Below the pieces are notes generated by a model that had not been told where the DNA came from, did not search any database, and saw only the letters and a list, made by a program, of their open reading frames with translations. 64,000 nucleotides of DNA from Actinomycetota bacterium (lineage in GTDB: Bacteria > Actinomycetota > JAICYB01): positions 8,512 to 72,511 of the forward strand of contig JBBDRJ010000018.1 of the NCBI GenBank assembly GCA_040905525.1, given 5' to 3'. A program made the translations under genes and the position numbers. Position 1 is the stretch's first letter; each line of letters opens with the position of its first letter. Of the stretch, positions 19,272 through 29,755 are shown piece by piece.

Positions 19272-20687
19272 GTGAGGTGCGAAGAACGGGCCGGGGGCCG
19301 GCTACGCCGGGCCGTTGTCGCAACCCTCGTCGTTGCGACGGTGGCAGGCGCGCCCTCAGCTGCGCGCGCGCAAACGCCCCCGGTGACCGGACAACTCGCC
19401 CCCCTGTTCCAAGCGGTCCGTGATCTCCTCGGCCCCCTTTCTTCGTCCACCAAGGACATCGCGTCGGCCTTCGATGGCCTGAACGCGCAGTTCGAGGACC
19501 TGGCCGGCACGACCGGCAACGCCGCGCAATCGCTGACGGGCCCGCTGGCTGTACAACTGCTGGGCGCACTGACCGCGCTCAACGACGCACTCATCGCCAA
19601 CGCGCCGGCCTTGGCCGAATCGCTTGCCCAGATACGTGAGCTGGCCGAGACGGTCGCGGCCTTCCTCACGTCGGGGGCCGACCAGATAAAGGGTCTGATC
19701 GACGGTCAGGACGCTCAGCTGCGCTCGCTCGGCACCCAGCTCGCGCCGGTGCTCTCACAGGCCTGCGCGCTGCAGGGACCGTTGACGCTGGTTAGCAACT
19801 TCGTCGCGTTCGGTTACGCGTTTGACGGGCTGTTCGTACCGTTCGAGGAGGCCTGCGGCGGTCCGGAGTCCGAATCGGCTTCGCCGCTCAACTTCGACGA
19901 CCTCGCCACCGATCTCGGCCTCCTAGCGCAGGAGATCTTCGTAACGGCCGAGCCGTTCGGCGGCGTGCTCCGACCGGTGGCCGAACCTACTTGCGTGGCT
20001 ATCTCGCCGCTGCTCGTTGTGTCCGTTTTGGGAGCCAGCGCGTTGCCGGTTCCCTTCCCGATCGGCGGAGCGCTCGCTCCGTTGTCGGTCGTGTGCGCGT
20101 TCGGGCAGGGACCCGATGCTCTTCAGGGCGTGGTCGTGCTGTCGGCGCGCGCTTCCGAACCTTTTGTGCCCGCTCTGGACGAAGCCACCAAGACCATCGC
20201 CGCGCTGACTCCGCTCACCGACCTCATATCTCCTTTGACCGATCCGCTCCTCGCCCCGGTGTGCGAGGCGGGGCCCTTGGGTGAGCTCGTCACCGCATTG
20301 GCCATACCCCTGGCCATCCCCGTTCAGCCGCTCGCGATCGTCAACGAAGGACTTGTTCCCTTCTGCGGGAAACCGGAAGCTCGGTCCGATACCGACGACC
20401 GGCCGGGCGGCACGTCGGACGACGCGAGCGCTCCGCCGCCGACCGAAGGAAGCGTGATTCCGCCGACGACCCGGACCTTCGAGGTCGACGTTCCGTTGCC
20501 GGGAACCGAGAGCGGAGATGCGCTCGCGCTCGGTCCGCCTCCGGGCGGCGTCGCGGGAACGGTGGGCGTGATCACTCGGGCGACGTGGCTCCTTATCACC
20601 GCGACCGTGCTGGCCGCGCTCGCGCTGGCCTCGCTGCTTATACCGCGCAAACGCGCGATCGCCGCACTGCTGCGCATCACGCGCTAG
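19272..20687 (+). CDS. Hypothetical secreted, C-terminally anchored protein with three Cys-pair repeats
   Basis: Signal peptide ending ARA; Leu/Ala/Pro-rich body; C-terminal TM followed by RKR. Confidence 0.7.
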   Translation: MRCEERAGGRLRRAVVATLVVATVAGAPSAARAQTPPVTGQLAPLFQAVRDLLGPLSSSTKDIASAFDGLNAQFEDLAGTTGNAAQSLTGPLAVQLLGALTALNDALIANAPALAESLAQIRELAETVAAFLTSGADQIKGLIDGQDAQLRSLGTQLAPVLSQACALQGPLTLVSNFVAFGYAFDGLFVPFEEACGGPESESASPLNFDDLATDLGLLAQEIFVTAEPFGGVLRPVAEPTCVAISPLLVVSVLGASALPVPFPIGGALAPLSVVCAFGQGPDALQGVVVLSARASEPFVPALDEATKTIAALTPLTDLISPLTDPLLAPVCEAGPLGELVTALAIPLAIPVQPLAIVNEGLVPFCGKPEARSDTDDRPGGTSDDASAPPPTEGSVIPPTTRTFEVDVPLPGTESGDALALGPPPGGVAGTVGVITRATWLLITATVLAALALASLLIPRKRAIAALLRITR

Positions 20688-21151
20688 CGGCGATCCAAGA
20701 CGAACACACGGATGTCGCGGCCCGAACGTGTGACGTAAGTGTCATAGGCTGGCCAAATCTCGACGAACTTGGGCCAGATCTGCGACTTTTCGTCGTCGGA
20801 CATTCGGCGCGCCCGCACCGGGATCGTCTCGCCTCCGACGACGATCTCGACATCGGGATTCGCCATGAGATTCCCGGACCACAGCGGGTGCTTGTCCTGT
20901 CCCCAGTTGGTCGCCGCCAGCGCGTAGCCGTCACCGACCTCGACGTAGGACAGGGGCGATCGAAACTCGCGTCCGGTCTTCCTCCCTTTGTGGACGAGGA
21001 TGAACGTCGGCACCACTGTCTCCGCGAAGGTGTGCTTGCCCCCGGTCATGCGTCCGACCACGCGATCGATCTTGGGAAGGGTTCGCTTGAAGACGAAGCG
21101 GAAGGCCCGCGTGTGGCCCATCCGTCGCATGACGCTTTGGTAGACGCCCAC
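20684..21151 (-). CDS. F420-dependent (deazaflavin) nitroreductase-family oxidoreductase (Ddn-like)
   Basis: GRKTGREFRSPL, ATNWG..HPLWSGNLMANP, YDTYVTRSGRDIRVFVL. Confidence 0.9.
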   Translation of the reverse strand: MGVYQSVMRRMGHTRAFRFVFKRTLPKIDRVVGRMTGGKHTFAETVVPTFILVHKGRKTGREFRSPLSYVEVGDGYALAATNWGQDKHPLWSGNLMANPDVEIVVGGETIPVRARRMSDDEKSQIWPKFVEIWPAYDTYVTRSGRDIRVFVLDRR

Positions 21152-21198
21152 AACCCTTGTCTACTCTTGTGCCTCGAGGCAAAGCAAGGGGGACAACT

Positions 21199-22743
21199 AT
21201 GAGCGCGCCGATCGCGAGCACGACGCAGGGCAAGGTCGAGGGCATCGAGAAGCTCGATTGCCTGCAATTCCGGGGGATACCCTTTGCGGCGCCGCCCGTG
21301 GGCGATCTGCGCTGGAAGCTCCCGAAGCCGCACCCATCCTGGGACGGCGTCCGCGACGCGACCGAGTTCGGTCCGATCTGTCATCAAGTGGCCGGAACGA
21401 TGGAGCAGCTCGGCGGAGACCGGCAGGCCGAGCCAGATCCGCAATCCGAGGACTGCCTGACGCTCAACGTCTTCACGCCCGGAGTCGACGACTCCAAGCG
21501 TCCGGTCATGGTTTGGATCCACGGAGGCGGGTTCTCGACGGGGTCGGGACGTGTCCCCTGGTACTCGGCGCACAACTTCGCGCGCGACGGAGTTGTCGCC
21601 GTCACGATCAATTACCGGATCAACGCCTTCGGCTTCCTCCACCTCGAAGAGCTGTTCGGTCCCGAGTTCGCTCATTCGGGAGTTTGTGGCATAGCCGATC
21701 AGGTCGCGGCCCTGCAGTGGGTCGCCGACAACATCGCCAACTTCGGCGGCGATCCCGGCAACGTAACGATCTTCGGCGAGTCGGCCGGCGGCATGAGCGT
21801 CGGTACACTGCTCGCCACCCCGGGAGCCAAGGGTCTGTTCTCGAAGGCGATCCCGCAGTCGGGAGCGGCCCACGCAACGAACTCGCAGGAGATCGCCACG
21901 CGCATCGCGAAGAAGTTCTGCACCTACGTCGCGGTCTCTCCGGGCGATGCCGATTCGCTCTCCGCGCTCACAGCTGACCAACTTCTCGACGCCGTCAACC
22001 GGTTCGGTGCGGGACTGGCCACGGACAACGCGGAGATCTTCGGAGGAGACTTCGCCGGCTTCGCCATGCCGTTCCAGCCCGTTTGGGGTAGCGACGTGCT
22101 GCCGACGGCCCCGATCGAAGCCCTTCAGCAGGGCGCCGGTACCGGTGTGGCGACCCTAGTCGGGACCACGCTCGAGGAGTGGAAGCTCTTCACGTTGATG
22201 CTGGGCGAAGACTCCCTGCGAACGCGGGCGGTTCGTCCTTTACGCAACCTTTGCGCACGGGCCGGGCGATCCGTCGACGACGTGATCGCGACCTACGAGG
22301 AGAAGATCGGCGGATCGAGCGAGCTCGATCTGCGCAACGCCTTGGAGACCGACCGCAACTTCCGGATCCCGGCGATCCGGCTGGCCGAAGCGCAGGTGTC
22401 GAACGCGACGCCGACGTGGATGTACCGCTTCGACTGGAAGACGCCGGCCTTCGGCGGACGGATGGGGGCCTGTCACGCTCTCGAGATCCCGTTCGTGTTC
22501 GACAACCTGGACGCACCGGGGGTCGACATCTTCACCGGCGGAGCCGCGCCTCAGTCGCTCGCTACGAACATGCACGCGGCCTGGGTGGCGTTCGCAAGGA
22601 CGGGCGACCCGAACACCTCGGAGCTCCCCGACTGGCCCGGCTACGACATTGATCGGCGCGCGACGATGCTTCTGGACTCAGAGCCCGCCGTGGCCGACGA
22701 CCCGGACGGGAAGCTCCGCGCTCTCTGGGACGGCCTGCAGTAG
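21199..22743 (+). CDS. Type-B carboxylesterase (PnbA-like)
   Basis: FRGIPFAAPP, SEDCLTLNV, WIHGGG, FGESAGG, GACHALE. Confidence 0.95.
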   Translation: MSAPIASTTQGKVEGIEKLDCLQFRGIPFAAPPVGDLRWKLPKPHPSWDGVRDATEFGPICHQVAGTMEQLGGDRQAEPDPQSEDCLTLNVFTPGVDDSKRPVMVWIHGGGFSTGSGRVPWYSAHNFARDGVVAVTINYRINAFGFLHLEELFGPEFAHSGVCGIADQVAALQWVADNIANFGGDPGNVTIFGESAGGMSVGTLLATPGAKGLFSKAIPQSGAAHATNSQEIATRIAKKFCTYVAVSPGDADSLSALTADQLLDAVNRFGAGLATDNAEIFGGDFAGFAMPFQPVWGSDVLPTAPIEALQQGAGTGVATLVGTTLEEWKLFTLMLGEDSLRTRAVRPLRNLCARAGRSVDDVIATYEEKIGGSSELDLRNALETDRNFRIPAIRLAEAQVSNATPTWMYRFDWKTPAFGGRMGACHALEIPFVFDNLDAPGVDIFTGGAAPQSLATNMHAAWVAFARTGDPNTSELPDWPGYDIDRRATMLLDSEPAVADDPDGKLRALWDGLQ

Positions 22744-22759
22744 CGCAGATCGCCGGGAC

Positions 22760-23083
22760 CTACGCGTTGCGCTTCGCCAAGAAGGCGCGGCCGCGTGGAG
22801 AGATCGCGTAGCCGACGTCGAGGCCGTAGGTGAGACCGAGTTCCTTGAGCTTGACCACGAAAGCCTTGAAGGCGTAGCGGTCAAAGTTCATCTGGCGAGC
22901 CAGGACAGTCGATACGATGCCGGGCTGTTCGGCGATCAGCTGAAGTGTACGAAGCGTCCACGGTCCGGCATCCGAGGATGCGTCCATCTTGTCGAGCCGT
23001 TTCGTGATGTCGGCGATGTCGGAGTCTGTGAGCTTGTTCTGCTCGGCCAGCCGTAGCCAGTCTTCGGAGCCGGTAGGACTCAC
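22760..23083 (-). CDS. Small winged-helix-like protein
   Basis: GPWT..TLQLIAEQPG..LKELGLT..VGYAISPRG; start overlaps the SDR stop. Confidence 0.65.
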   Translation of the reverse strand: MSPTGSEDWLRLAEQNKLTDSDIADITKRLDKMDASSDAGPWTLRTLQLIAEQPGIVSTVLARQMNFDRYAFKAFVVKLKELGLTYGLDVGYAISPRGRAFLAKRNA

Positions 23084-23910
23084 TCCGTGTAGAACCCGCC
23101 GTCCGGGTGAAGGATCTCCCCGGTGAAGTAAGACGACTCGTCCGAGGCCAGGAACAGGGCAGCGTTGGCTACGTCCTCAGGCTCGCCCATCCGCTTGAGC
23201 GGGATCTGCGTCAGAGCCAGGTCGGTGATCCCCTCGAAGGTCTTCATGAAGGACGTCATGTTCGTGTTGATGTAACCGGGCCCGATGGCGTTCACCCGGA
23301 CGCCCAGGGGGCCGAGGTTCATCGCGATCGACTTCGTCATCATCCATACGCCGGCCTTGGAGACGGCGTAGGCCAGTGGTCCGGCTTCCGGGCGCTTCGC
23401 CGCGATCGAGGCGATCGTGATGATCGAGCCCTTGCCCTTTTCGATCATGTGCGGACCGACGGCACTGATGGCCAGCATCGTGCCGGTGAGGTTCACGCTC
23501 AGAACCTTGTTCCAACCCTCGAGGTCGAAATTGCGCAGCGTTTCCCCCGGGGACACGACGTTTTCCATCGCTTCGGTGATCAGTCGAGTCGTTGACTCGT
23601 TGTCACCGGACACGTAGGCGGCATGAGAGATGCCCGCGGCCGTGACCAGGACGTCGATCTGGCCGAAACGCTCGACGGCGGTCTGCGCCATCGCGTCGTT
23701 GTCGTCCCTGCTCGATGCATCGACGTGATGGAAGAGCGCTTCGCGTCCCTGTTCTTTAACGAGCGCGACGGTCTCGGCTCCCGGATCGTCCTGGATGTCG
23801 GCGACGAGGATGTTGGCGCCCTCTTCGGCGAAACGCACAGCGCACGCGCGCCCGATGCCGTTGCCGCCGCCGGTGATGACTGCTACGCGTCCTTCGAGCC
23901 TGCCTGACAT
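23080..23910 (-). CDS. Short-chain dehydrogenase/reductase
   Basis: TGGGNGIG, YAVSK, VNAIGPG. Confidence 0.93.
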   Translation of the reverse strand: MSGRLEGRVAVITGGGNGIGRACAVRFAEEGANILVADIQDDPGAETVALVKEQGREALFHHVDASSRDDNDAMAQTAVERFGQIDVLVTAAGISHAAYVSGDNESTTRLITEAMENVVSPGETLRNFDLEGWNKVLSVNLTGTMLAISAVGPHMIEKGKGSIITIASIAAKRPEAGPLAYAVSKAGVWMMTKSIAMNLGPLGVRVNAIGPGYINTNMTSFMKTFEGITDLALTQIPLKRMGEPEDVANAALFLASDESSYFTGEILHPDGGFYTE

Positions 23911-23951
23911 GTGCGAGGGAGCCTAGCAATTAGGCGGGCGACGAGGTCCTT

Positions 23952-24962
23952 CTACGGGATGACCAGCATCCCGAGCTCGGCCTCCAATTGCTGGCGAGGC
24001 TTGGCGCCGAGTGACTTGCGTTCCATCCGTCCGTTGCGGAAGAGGCCGATCAGCGGGATCGATTGCACATCGTAGGTCTGGGCGATCTCCGGAGCCTCGT
24101 CGATGTTTAGCTTCACGACCTTGTAAGCGCCCTGCCGCATAGTCGCGATCTGCTCGACGATGGGAGCGACCGCGCGGCACGGTCCGCACCAGGGGGCCCA
24201 GAAGTCCACGATGACCGGCTTTTCCGAGCGGAGAACTTCGGCGTCGAAGGTCGCGCTCGTAACGGCCTTCACCGGGCCGTCGTCGGGCGGCGCGGCCGCT
24301 TCTGTTAGCTCGGCCTCCACCGGAGCCGGCGTCTCGCCTCGGCGGATCTGTTCGAGCCAGTCGTGCGCGTCGCGCGCGCTATCGGGGATCACGCTGTGCT
24401 CCATGGGGTAGGTGCGGAACTGCAATGGGACGTTGTGCTCCTTCAGGAGCTCGGCCGTTGCTCGCGCGCGGTCGATCCCGACCATCGGGTCGCGTGTTCC
24501 GTGCTGCATGAGCACGGGCGGGAGCTCACCGGACCAGTCGAGCTCGACCGGACCCTCGGGCGGAAGGAATCCGCTCATGACGAGCACGCCGGCCGGGCGT
24601 GGATGAGGGCTCGACCGGAAGGTGTGGATCAGTGACATAGCGCCGCCCATCGAGAATCCGCCGGTGACCATCTCGTCGCGGGTGACGCTGTATTCGGCGA
24701 CGGCGGAGTCGATGACTTCGTCGATCGCCTCGAGGGACGAGGCGATCGTCGGGCCGCCGAGGCCGGGGGAGTCGATCTTGAACCACGCAAAGCCCGGTCC
24801 GTACGCGTACGGGCCGCGCGGGGAGATCGTGACGAAATGGCCTTCGGGATCGATGATCGGCGCAAGCGAGGCAAGGTCTTGCTCGTTGGAGCCGAGGCCG
24901 TGCATGAGAAGGAGTAAGCGCTTGGCCTTGTCTCCTCGGACGGTCTTGGTTGTGAGACTCAT
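23952..24962 (-). CDS. Phospholipase/carboxylesterase fused to C-terminal thioredoxin
   Basis: LMHGLGSN, GFSMG, HGTRD, MEH, then DFWAPWCGPC in one frame; start at ATG 24962. Confidence 0.88.
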   Translation of the reverse strand: MSLTTKTVRGDKAKRLLLLMHGLGSNEQDLASLAPIIDPEGHFVTISPRGPYAYGPGFAWFKIDSPGLGGPTIASSLEAIDEVIDSAVAEYSVTRDEMVTGGFSMGGAMSLIHTFRSSPHPRPAGVLVMSGFLPPEGPVELDWSGELPPVLMQHGTRDPMVGIDRARATAELLKEHNVPLQFRTYPMEHSVIPDSARDAHDWLEQIRRGETPAPVEAELTEAAAPPDDGPVKAVTSATFDAEVLRSEKPVIVDFWAPWCGPCRAVAPIVEQIATMRQGAYKVVKLNIDEAPEIAQTYDVQSIPLIGLFRNGRMERKSLGAKPRQQLEAELGMLVIP

Positions 24963-24994
24963 GGAGATTCGAGGATAGCCACTAAAATCCACCA

Positions 24995-26221
24995 ATGATC
25001 GGGGCCGGGCGGGGAAGCGATACAAAGCTGGCCGCGCGCGTGCTGTTCCTGGCCGTGGCTTTCGGAACGACGAGCTTCGTCGCTTCGATCACGGTCGCCC
25101 CTTTGGTCGGTGAAGACCTAACTAACTCTGCGACGCTGTCCGGGTTCCCCTGGACGGCTGGGGTTCTCGGGACGGGGCTTGGTTCTGTTCTGCTCTCGCA
25201 GCTGATGGCCAAGCGGGGACGGGGGCCGGGGCTGATGCTCGGCTATCTGCTGGGCGGTGTCGGCGCGGCTCTGGCTGTTGTTGCGATGACGAGCGGACAG
25301 TTCGCGCTGTTCGTCTTCGCGATCTTGCTCATGGGCGGCGGCAACTCGGCGAACCATCTGTCGCGTTACGCGGCAGCGGATCTCTATCCTCCGGAGAGGC
25401 GAGCGTCCGGACTGGGCTTGGTCGTGTGGGCCGGGGCGATCGGCGGTGTCGCCGGTCCCGCGCTCCTAGATCCATCGGGAAGAGTCGCGGTCGACGCCGA
25501 TCTGCCCAGACTCGCCGGTCCTTTTCTGATCTGCGTCTTGGGTTGCGCGATGGCCGTGGTTGCTATCTTCGCGATGCTTCGTGCGAGACGTGATGCGCTC
25601 GTGCCGTACGACACGCAATCCGCGTCGACGGGACGCCCGGTCACCGAGCTCTGGCGCGCTCCGCGGGCGCAAGCGGCGCTCATTGCTCTTGCCGTGGCGC
25701 AGACGGTGATGGTGTTGATCATGGCGATGACGCCGGTGCACCTGAGATCGACAGGTCACGGTCTGAGCTCGGTCGGTTTGGTGATCAGCCTGCACGTGTT
25801 CGGTATGTACGGTCTGTCACCGGTGTCGGGACGTCTAACCGACCGCCTTGGCGCGATCCGCGTCGTTCTGATGGGGTTCGCCACCTTGCTGGTTGCGGCG
25901 CTACTTGCCGCTTCGATGCCGGACCACGCCGGCACACTGCTTGCGATCCCGCTGTTTCTGCTGGGCTTCGGATGGAGCCTGTCCTTCGTTGCGGGAAGCG
26001 CCTTGCTCACGGAGGGGCTCACCTACGGCGACCGCGCCCGTCTTCAGGGTGCGACGGACGCCGTCGTGTGGACGTCGGCCGCGATCGCGGGACTGGGTTC
26101 CGGCGTGCTTGTGGGGATGTTCAGCTACGCGTTGCTATGCGTGGTGGGCGCCATCTTGATCGTCGCGCCGGTCGCGATCATCACGCGCCGTCGACGAACG
26201 CTGGCCGTGACTCCGGCGTAA
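24995..26221 (+). CDS. MFS transporter
   Basis: About 12 hydrophobic segments; RYAAAD and GRLTDRLG motif-A loops. Confidence 0.88.
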   Translation: MIGAGRGSDTKLAARVLFLAVAFGTTSFVASITVAPLVGEDLTNSATLSGFPWTAGVLGTGLGSVLLSQLMAKRGRGPGLMLGYLLGGVGAALAVVAMTSGQFALFVFAILLMGGGNSANHLSRYAAADLYPPERRASGLGLVVWAGAIGGVAGPALLDPSGRVAVDADLPRLAGPFLICVLGCAMAVVAIFAMLRARRDALVPYDTQSASTGRPVTELWRAPRAQAALIALAVAQTVMVLIMAMTPVHLRSTGHGLSSVGLVISLHVFGMYGLSPVSGRLTDRLGAIRVVLMGFATLLVAALLAASMPDHAGTLLAIPLFLLGFGWSLSFVAGSALLTEGLTYGDRARLQGATDAVVWTSAAIAGLGSGVLVGMFSYALLCVVGAILIVAPVAIITRRRRTLAVTPA

Positions 26222-26225
26222 GCGA

Positions 26226-26621
26226 CTACTTCTTCTCGAAGTCGAGCGCGCAGGAGTTGATGCAGTAGCGCAGGCCCGTGGGGTTCGGCCCGTCCGGGAA
26301 CACGTGACCGAGGTGAGACCCGCAGGCGCGGCACAGAACCTCCGTGCGCACCATGCCTTGGCTGGAGTCATCGCGCGTCTCGATGTTGGAGGCGATCGCC
26401 GGCTCGTAGAAGCTCGGCCAGCCCGTCCCCGAGTCGAACTTGGTGTCCGAGCTGAACAGCTCGGCTCCGCAGGCGCCGCAGTGGTACATCCCGGTGTCGG
26501 AGTTGTGGACGTACTCACCAGTGAACGGACGCTCGGTCCCTGCCTTTCTCAATATTTCGTACTGCTCGGGCGAAAGCTCTTTCTGCCACTCCTCTTCCGA
26601 CTTCTCAACTTGTCTGGTCAT
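26226..26621 (-). CDS. msrB: Peptide-methionine (R)-S-oxide reductase
   Basis: [35 protein letters not shown]. Confidence 0.96.
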   Translation of the reverse strand: MTRQVEKSEEEWQKELSPEQYEILRKAGTERPFTGEYVHNSDTGMYHCGACGAELFSSDTKFDSGTGWPSFYEPAIASNIETRDDSSQGMVRTEVLCRACGSHLGHVFPDGPNPTGLRYCINSCALDFEKK

Positions 26622-26640
26622 GTATGAGAGGCTAACGCGG

Positions 26641-28041
26641 ATGACCACTACCACTCCGGTAAAGCTCGAGGAAGCCGCTGTCGCCGAGTTGGAAGGCTCA
26701 TTCCGCGGCGAGATCGTTCGGCCGACCGACGAGACGTATGGTCTTCACCGCAAGGTCTGGAACGGCTCCATCGATCGGCGCCCGGCACTCATCGCGCGCT
26801 GCGCCGGCACAGCCGACGTGATCGCAGCCATCGCGTTCGGCCGTCGCACCGGACTCCCGGTCGCCGTTCGCGGCGGCGGCCACAGCTTTCCCGGTCTTTC
26901 GGTGGCGGACGACGCACTGCTCATCGATCTCGGCCCGATGAAGGGGATCCGGGTCGATCCGCAAGCGCAGACGGTGCAAGCGCAGGCCGGAGTTCTGCTC
27001 GGTGAGCTCGACGCCGAGACGCAGGCCTTCGGTCTGGCAGCTCCGTCCGGGATCGTGACGCATACGGGGATCGCCGGACTAACGCTCGGCGGCGGCATCG
27101 GCTGGCTCCATCGCAAGTACGGGCTCACGATCGACCAGTTGCTTTCCGTCGACCTCATCACCGCGGAAGGCGAGTTCGTGAAGGCCAGCGGGGACGAGAA
27201 CGCCGACCTGTTCTGGGGCGTGCGGGGTGGCGGCGGCAACTTCGGCATCGTGACTTCCTTCTCCTACCGGCTGCAGCCGGTCGGCCCCGAGGTCCTGGCC
27301 GGACCCGTCTTCTGGCTGGCCGAGGACGCACCGAAGGTCTTGCGCTTCTACCGGGACTGGATCGCGGACGCTCCCGACGAGCTCATGACGATCGTGATCC
27401 TAAGAAAGGCGCCGGCGCTGCCGATCGTGCCGCCGGACCTCGTCGGGAAGCCGATCGTCGGCGTCGTCTCCTGCTACGTCGGTCCCGTCGACGAGGGCGA
27501 AAAGGTAGTGCGGCCGATGAGGTCATTCGGATCGCCCGCGCTCGACATGTGCACACCCAAGCCTTTCTTAGCCCATCAGGCCTCGCTCGATCCGTCCTTC
27601 GTACCGGGGTGGTGGTTCTACATCCGGTCGTGCGACGTCGCCGAGCTCAACGACGAGATCATCGACATCTGCGCAGATTTCGCGGGGCGAATCACATCTC
27701 CGATCACCTCGCTGGCCCTGTGGCAGTTAGGCGGCGCCGTCGCGCGGGTTGGTGAAGACGAGACCGCCTTCAACGGCCGCAACGCCGGACACACGTTCAA
27801 CATCAACGGCAACAGCTATGACGCCGAAAGCTTCGATGAGCAGCGGCAGTGGGTCCGCGACTTCTGGACGGCGCTCGAGCCGTATCACACGGGTGTGTAT
27901 GTGAACTTCCTCGGAGACGAGGGCGAAGAGCGCGTGCGCCAGGCTTACGGAGCGGCCAAGTACGACCGGCTGAAGACATTGAAGCGTAAGTACGACCCTG
28001 AGAACTTCTTCCGGCTGAACCAGAACATCCGGCCGAACTAG
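26641..28041 (+). CDS. FAD-linked oxidase (VAO/berberine-bridge family)
   Basis: RGGGHS flavinylation motif, [23 protein letters not shown]. Confidence 0.93.
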   Translation: MTTTTPVKLEEAAVAELEGSFRGEIVRPTDETYGLHRKVWNGSIDRRPALIARCAGTADVIAAIAFGRRTGLPVAVRGGGHSFPGLSVADDALLIDLGPMKGIRVDPQAQTVQAQAGVLLGELDAETQAFGLAAPSGIVTHTGIAGLTLGGGIGWLHRKYGLTIDQLLSVDLITAEGEFVKASGDENADLFWGVRGGGGNFGIVTSFSYRLQPVGPEVLAGPVFWLAEDAPKVLRFYRDWIADAPDELMTIVILRKAPALPIVPPDLVGKPIVGVVSCYVGPVDEGEKVVRPMRSFGSPALDMCTPKPFLAHQASLDPSFVPGWWFYIRSCDVAELNDEIIDICADFAGRITSPITSLALWQLGGAVARVGEDETAFNGRNAGHTFNINGNSYDAESFDEQRQWVRDFWTALEPYHTGVYVNFLGDEGEERVRQAYGAAKYDRLKTLKRKYDPENFFRLNQNIRPN

Positions 28042-28102
28042 CTGGGCGTGCGGCCCGGCGCCAGCGTGGCTTTCAGCTCCCCGCCGATGAGCAGCCTCGC
28101 AG

Positions 28103-29755
28103 CTACGCGGTCGCTGCGGGGATCGTGTAGTGGAAGGTCGCGCCGGTGCCCGGTTCGCTCTCGACCCAGATCCGCCCCCCGTGTGCTTCGACGATCGAGC
28201 GGGCGATATAGAGGCCGAGGCCACTTCCCGGAACCTTCGGACCTTCGCGATCCTGCGCTGCGCGCGAGAACTTGTTGAACAGCGAGGGCTGGTCTGTCGG
28301 TGCGATGCCGGGCCCATGATCCTTCACTGCCACGTGGATCATGCCGCCCGACGCGAACACGTTGACCTCGACGGGCTCACTCTCGTCCGAGAATTTGAAT
28401 GCGTTTTCGAGGAGGTTCGACAGGACGCGCCGCTGGTCGTTCTCGTCGGCTAGGGCCAGGGGGAGATCGGGATCGATCGTCGTCACCACGAGCCGGCCGG
28501 TGCTCGCGTGAAGATCATTCACGGTCTGAGCGATCAGCGCGCAGAGCTTCATGGGACGCGGTTCGAGCGACCCGATGCCCGACTCGAGCCGGTCCACTTG
28601 ATCCATGTCCGACAAAAGCGTAGTCATGGCATCGGCACCCCGGGCAATTGCGTCGACGAAGTCGAGCTTCTGGGCGTCCGGGAGCTCGGACCACGCCGAG
28701 CGCATCGTTTCGGCGAATCCGCTTATGACCGTCAACGGGGACCGAAGGTCGTGGCGGATGATACGGTTCCACTCGAGCTTGGCCCGCTGGGCCTCTTCGC
28801 TCGCGTGCGTTGATTCGGCCTTCTGCCCCATGTGCCACAAGATGTGGAATGCTGCCGCGGCTTCCCTAACGGCCGATTCGAGGTAGTCGACTTCGGCCCG
28901 GGGGAACGCTTGTGGCCGCTCCGACGCGAAGCTGACGATGGCCTGCGCGCGGCCGGCGGCTCGCACTGGAACGGCAGCGTAGGAGCGAACCCCGCGATCG
29001 AGGAAGTACATGTCGAGGGGACCCTCTTGACGTTCGTACGTGTCGCCGATCGTGATCGTGGTCCCGCCGTCGAGAGCTTCGTTGAACTGGCTGAGGACAG
29101 GAACGAGCGTTCCTACAGGGACGAGGCCGTCGTCCGACCCACAGACGGCAGCTATCCGGTAGCCGTCCGCCTCTGAGAGCGCGAAACCCGCGCGGTCGAA
29201 GTCGACACGCGAACGGACGGCCCGTCCGAATGACGAGAACGCGAACCCGAGCTCGCCGACCTGCTCGACGGCCATCGAGATGCTGCGCCGCCAAGATTCG
29301 AGACCACCCGGCGAGGTTGGTTCGGTGCCGCCATCGTCGTTCGCCGAACCAGGGACTCCCAAGTCCGGCTGAGGCCTCGGCGTGCCGCAGACCTCTCGGA
29401 CGATCTCTGCGATCTTCCTCGGGCTCGTGCCTTTTTCGATGTAGGCGTCGGCGCCGACGGCGAGCGCTTCGCTGCCCAGCCGGTCTTTGCTGAATCCGGA
29501 CAGGATGATGATCCGTGTCTGCGGCGAGCACTTGCGGATCTCGGGTGTGGCCTGCAGGCCGTCCATCACCGGCATCGCCAGATCGAGGAGGATCGCATCG
29601 GGCTGCAGCTCTTGCGCGAGCTGCACGGCCTCCGCCCCGTCCGCCGCCTCGCCGACGAGATCGAAACCGCCGAGTGCCCCGAGCGCTGCGGTCAGCAGCA
29701 TGCGGATATCGGGCGTGTCGTCGACGATCAGGACGCGGAGCGGTTCGGTGCTCAT
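28103..29755 (-). CDS. Hybrid sensor kinase REC-GAF-HisKA-HATPase
   Basis: IVDD, LDLAMP, GAF-like middle, RHDLRSPL, NLLENAFKF, DHGPGI, GSGLGL. Confidence 0.9.
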   Translation of the reverse strand: MSTEPLRVLIVDDTPDIRMLLTAALGALGGFDLVGEAADGAEAVQLAQELQPDAILLDLAMPVMDGLQATPEIRKCSPQTRIIILSGFSKDRLGSEALAVGADAYIEKGTSPRKIAEIVREVCGTPRPQPDLGVPGSANDDGGTEPTSPGGLESWRRSISMAVEQVGELGFAFSSFGRAVRSRVDFDRAGFALSEADGYRIAAVCGSDDGLVPVGTLVPVLSQFNEALDGGTTITIGDTYERQEGPLDMYFLDRGVRSYAAVPVRAAGRAQAIVSFASERPQAFPRAEVDYLESAVREAAAAFHILWHMGQKAESTHASEEAQRAKLEWNRIIRHDLRSPLTVISGFAETMRSAWSELPDAQKLDFVDAIARGADAMTTLLSDMDQVDRLESGIGSLEPRPMKLCALIAQTVNDLHASTGRLVVTTIDPDLPLALADENDQRRVLSNLLENAFKFSDESEPVEVNVFASGGMIHVAVKDHGPGIAPTDQPSLFNKFSRAAQDREGPKVPGSGLGLYIARSIVEAHGGRIWVESEPGTGATFHYTIPAATA

